Sequence record: MZ150783.1
Direction: 5' to 3' (one strand)
DNA length: 24,000 nt
Origin: Microbacterium phage A3Wally
Shown here: positions 23,118 to 24,000 of the stretch, one piece after another
How positions within the stretch are numbered: the stretch's first letter is position 1
Layout: every line of letters begins with the position of its first letter
The notes under the pieces: generated by a model
The model's input: the letters and a program-made list of their open reading frames with translations, nothing else
Database searches by the model: none
What the model was told of the DNA's origin: nothing
Made by a program: the position numbers and the translations under genes

Positions 23118-24000
23118 CTCAGGCATACGTTCTCATGACAGCACTCCCGCCCACCTACGGCCACCTGGACCTGATTCAGTTCGCCGGTAACCTCCTCTCG
23201 GTGGACAAGGTGGTCGTGTTCCTCAACACACAGCCTGAGGAGCCGATGGTCCATGAGCGCTATATGGCGCTGTGGAATGCCATGGAAGACCTCAACACCA
23301 TCGAAAACCGTCCCGGTAAGTACCGTGTGGAATGGCAGAACGAGTCCACGCAGCAGGAGCCGGAGGGTGACGATGACGCCTTCTGGGAGAACTGGGTCGG
23401 CAACCTCCGCAAGTACGGCTTCCAGGACGGCGACTTCATCGTGGCCTCCGAGCAGTATGGTGTGGAGCTGGCAAAGCGTGCCAACGGCGTCTTCATGGTC
23501 TACGACCCCGACCGCTGGTCGCGCTACACCAAGGGCACGAGCGCCCGTAGCCACCCGTTCGGTGAGCGCGGTTGGGAGCAGATCATCCCGCAGTTCCGCC
23601 GTGAGCTTCAGAAGAAGGTCACAATCTTCGGAGCGGAATCGACCGGCAAGACCACGCTGACCAAGGCGCTCTCGGACGCCTACTGGGACATCGGCATCCC
23701 GACGACCAAGCTCTTCGAGTGGGCGCGCCCGTACCTGGAAATGACCGACCCTGTGGTGACGGTGGAGGCCATGGAGCGTATCTGGGAGGGCCAGCGCGCT
23801 CTCCAGCTTGGTGCCTACCAGAATGTCCTTGCACCGCTGGTGCTTCAAGACACCGACCTGTTCACCACCATCGGGTTCTGGGACAACTGGGACCCGGCGT
23901 CCAAGCCCGCAGGCATCCACTTCGACGCGGGCATGACCAAGAGCGACCTTTACATCATCACGCCCTCCAACATCCCCTTCGAGCACGACATCCTCCGCTA
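23114..24000 (+). CDS. nadR: NadR-like bifunctional NMN adenylyltransferase / ribosylnicotinamide kinase, 3'-truncated by the window edge
   Basis: Hand translation with no stop to position 24000: MTQAYVLMTALPPTYGHLDLIQFAGN (TxGH nucleotidyltransferase motif), KGTSARSHPFG (cf. SGTxIR), VTIFGAESTGKTTLTKALSD (Walker A), FEWARPYLE, QDTDLFTTIGFW. Confidence 0.9.
   Translation, partial: MTQAYVLMTALPPTYGHLDLIQFAGNLLSVDKVVVFLNTQPEEPMVHERYMALWNAMEDLNTIENRPGKYRVEWQNESTQQEPEGDDDAFWENWVGNLRKYGFQDGDFIVASEQYGVELAKRANGVFMVYDPDRWSRYTKGTSARSHPFGERGWEQIIPQFRRELQKKVTIFGAESTGKTTLTKALSDAYWDIGIPTTKLFEWARPYLEMTDPVVTVEAMERIWEGQRALQLGAYQNVLAPLVLQDTDLFTTIGFWDNWDPASKPAGIHFDAGMTKSDLYIITPSNIPFEHDILR

Noticed and set aside
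22913-23986. 357-aa open frame on the minus strand
   Set aside because: Complement of the NadR-like coding sequence, which carries specific NMNAT and P-loop motifs.
1-24000. tRNA genes, CRISPR arrays, transposases or integrase
   Set aside because: No repeat-spacer pattern, no recognisable transposase/integrase motifs, and no tRNA noticed by eye. A tRNAscan-SE/ARAGORN run would be needed to exclude tRNAs firmly.

Overview
The window looks like a contiguous piece of a moderately high-GC, actinobacteriophage-like dsDNA phage genome. Every credible gene is on the + strand. The 5' part holds a truncated metallophosphoesterase, a small HAD-like protein and a tail/host-contact block with two tandem PhoD-like paralogs. 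It is followed by a nucleotide-metabolism and host-takeover region: 5'(3')-deoxyribonucleotidase-like protein, dNMP kinase, MoxR-type AAA+ ATPase, rIIA-like GHKL ATPase, rIIB-like protein, Stealth-like glycosyltransferase and a SLOG/YspA-like protein. The most interesting content is a dispersed, near-complete phage NAD+ synthesis set within about 8.4 kb: PRPP synthetase-like (15578..16489), nicotinamide phosphoribosyltransferase (16929..18497), PnuC-like transporter (20149..21099) and a bifunctional NadR-like NMNAT/ribosylnicotinamide kinase. The NadR-like gene starts at 23114 and runs off the window, so the ORF track misses it. The second strong signal is a set of sigma70-like promoters (TTGACA-17/18-TANNNT). 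Six of them end exactly 6 nt before an ATG, which predicts leaderless mRNAs, and one of these drives the PRPP synthetase gene. No tRNA, CRISPR array or transposase was recognised. All functional names come from reading protein motifs by eye; no database search was run.
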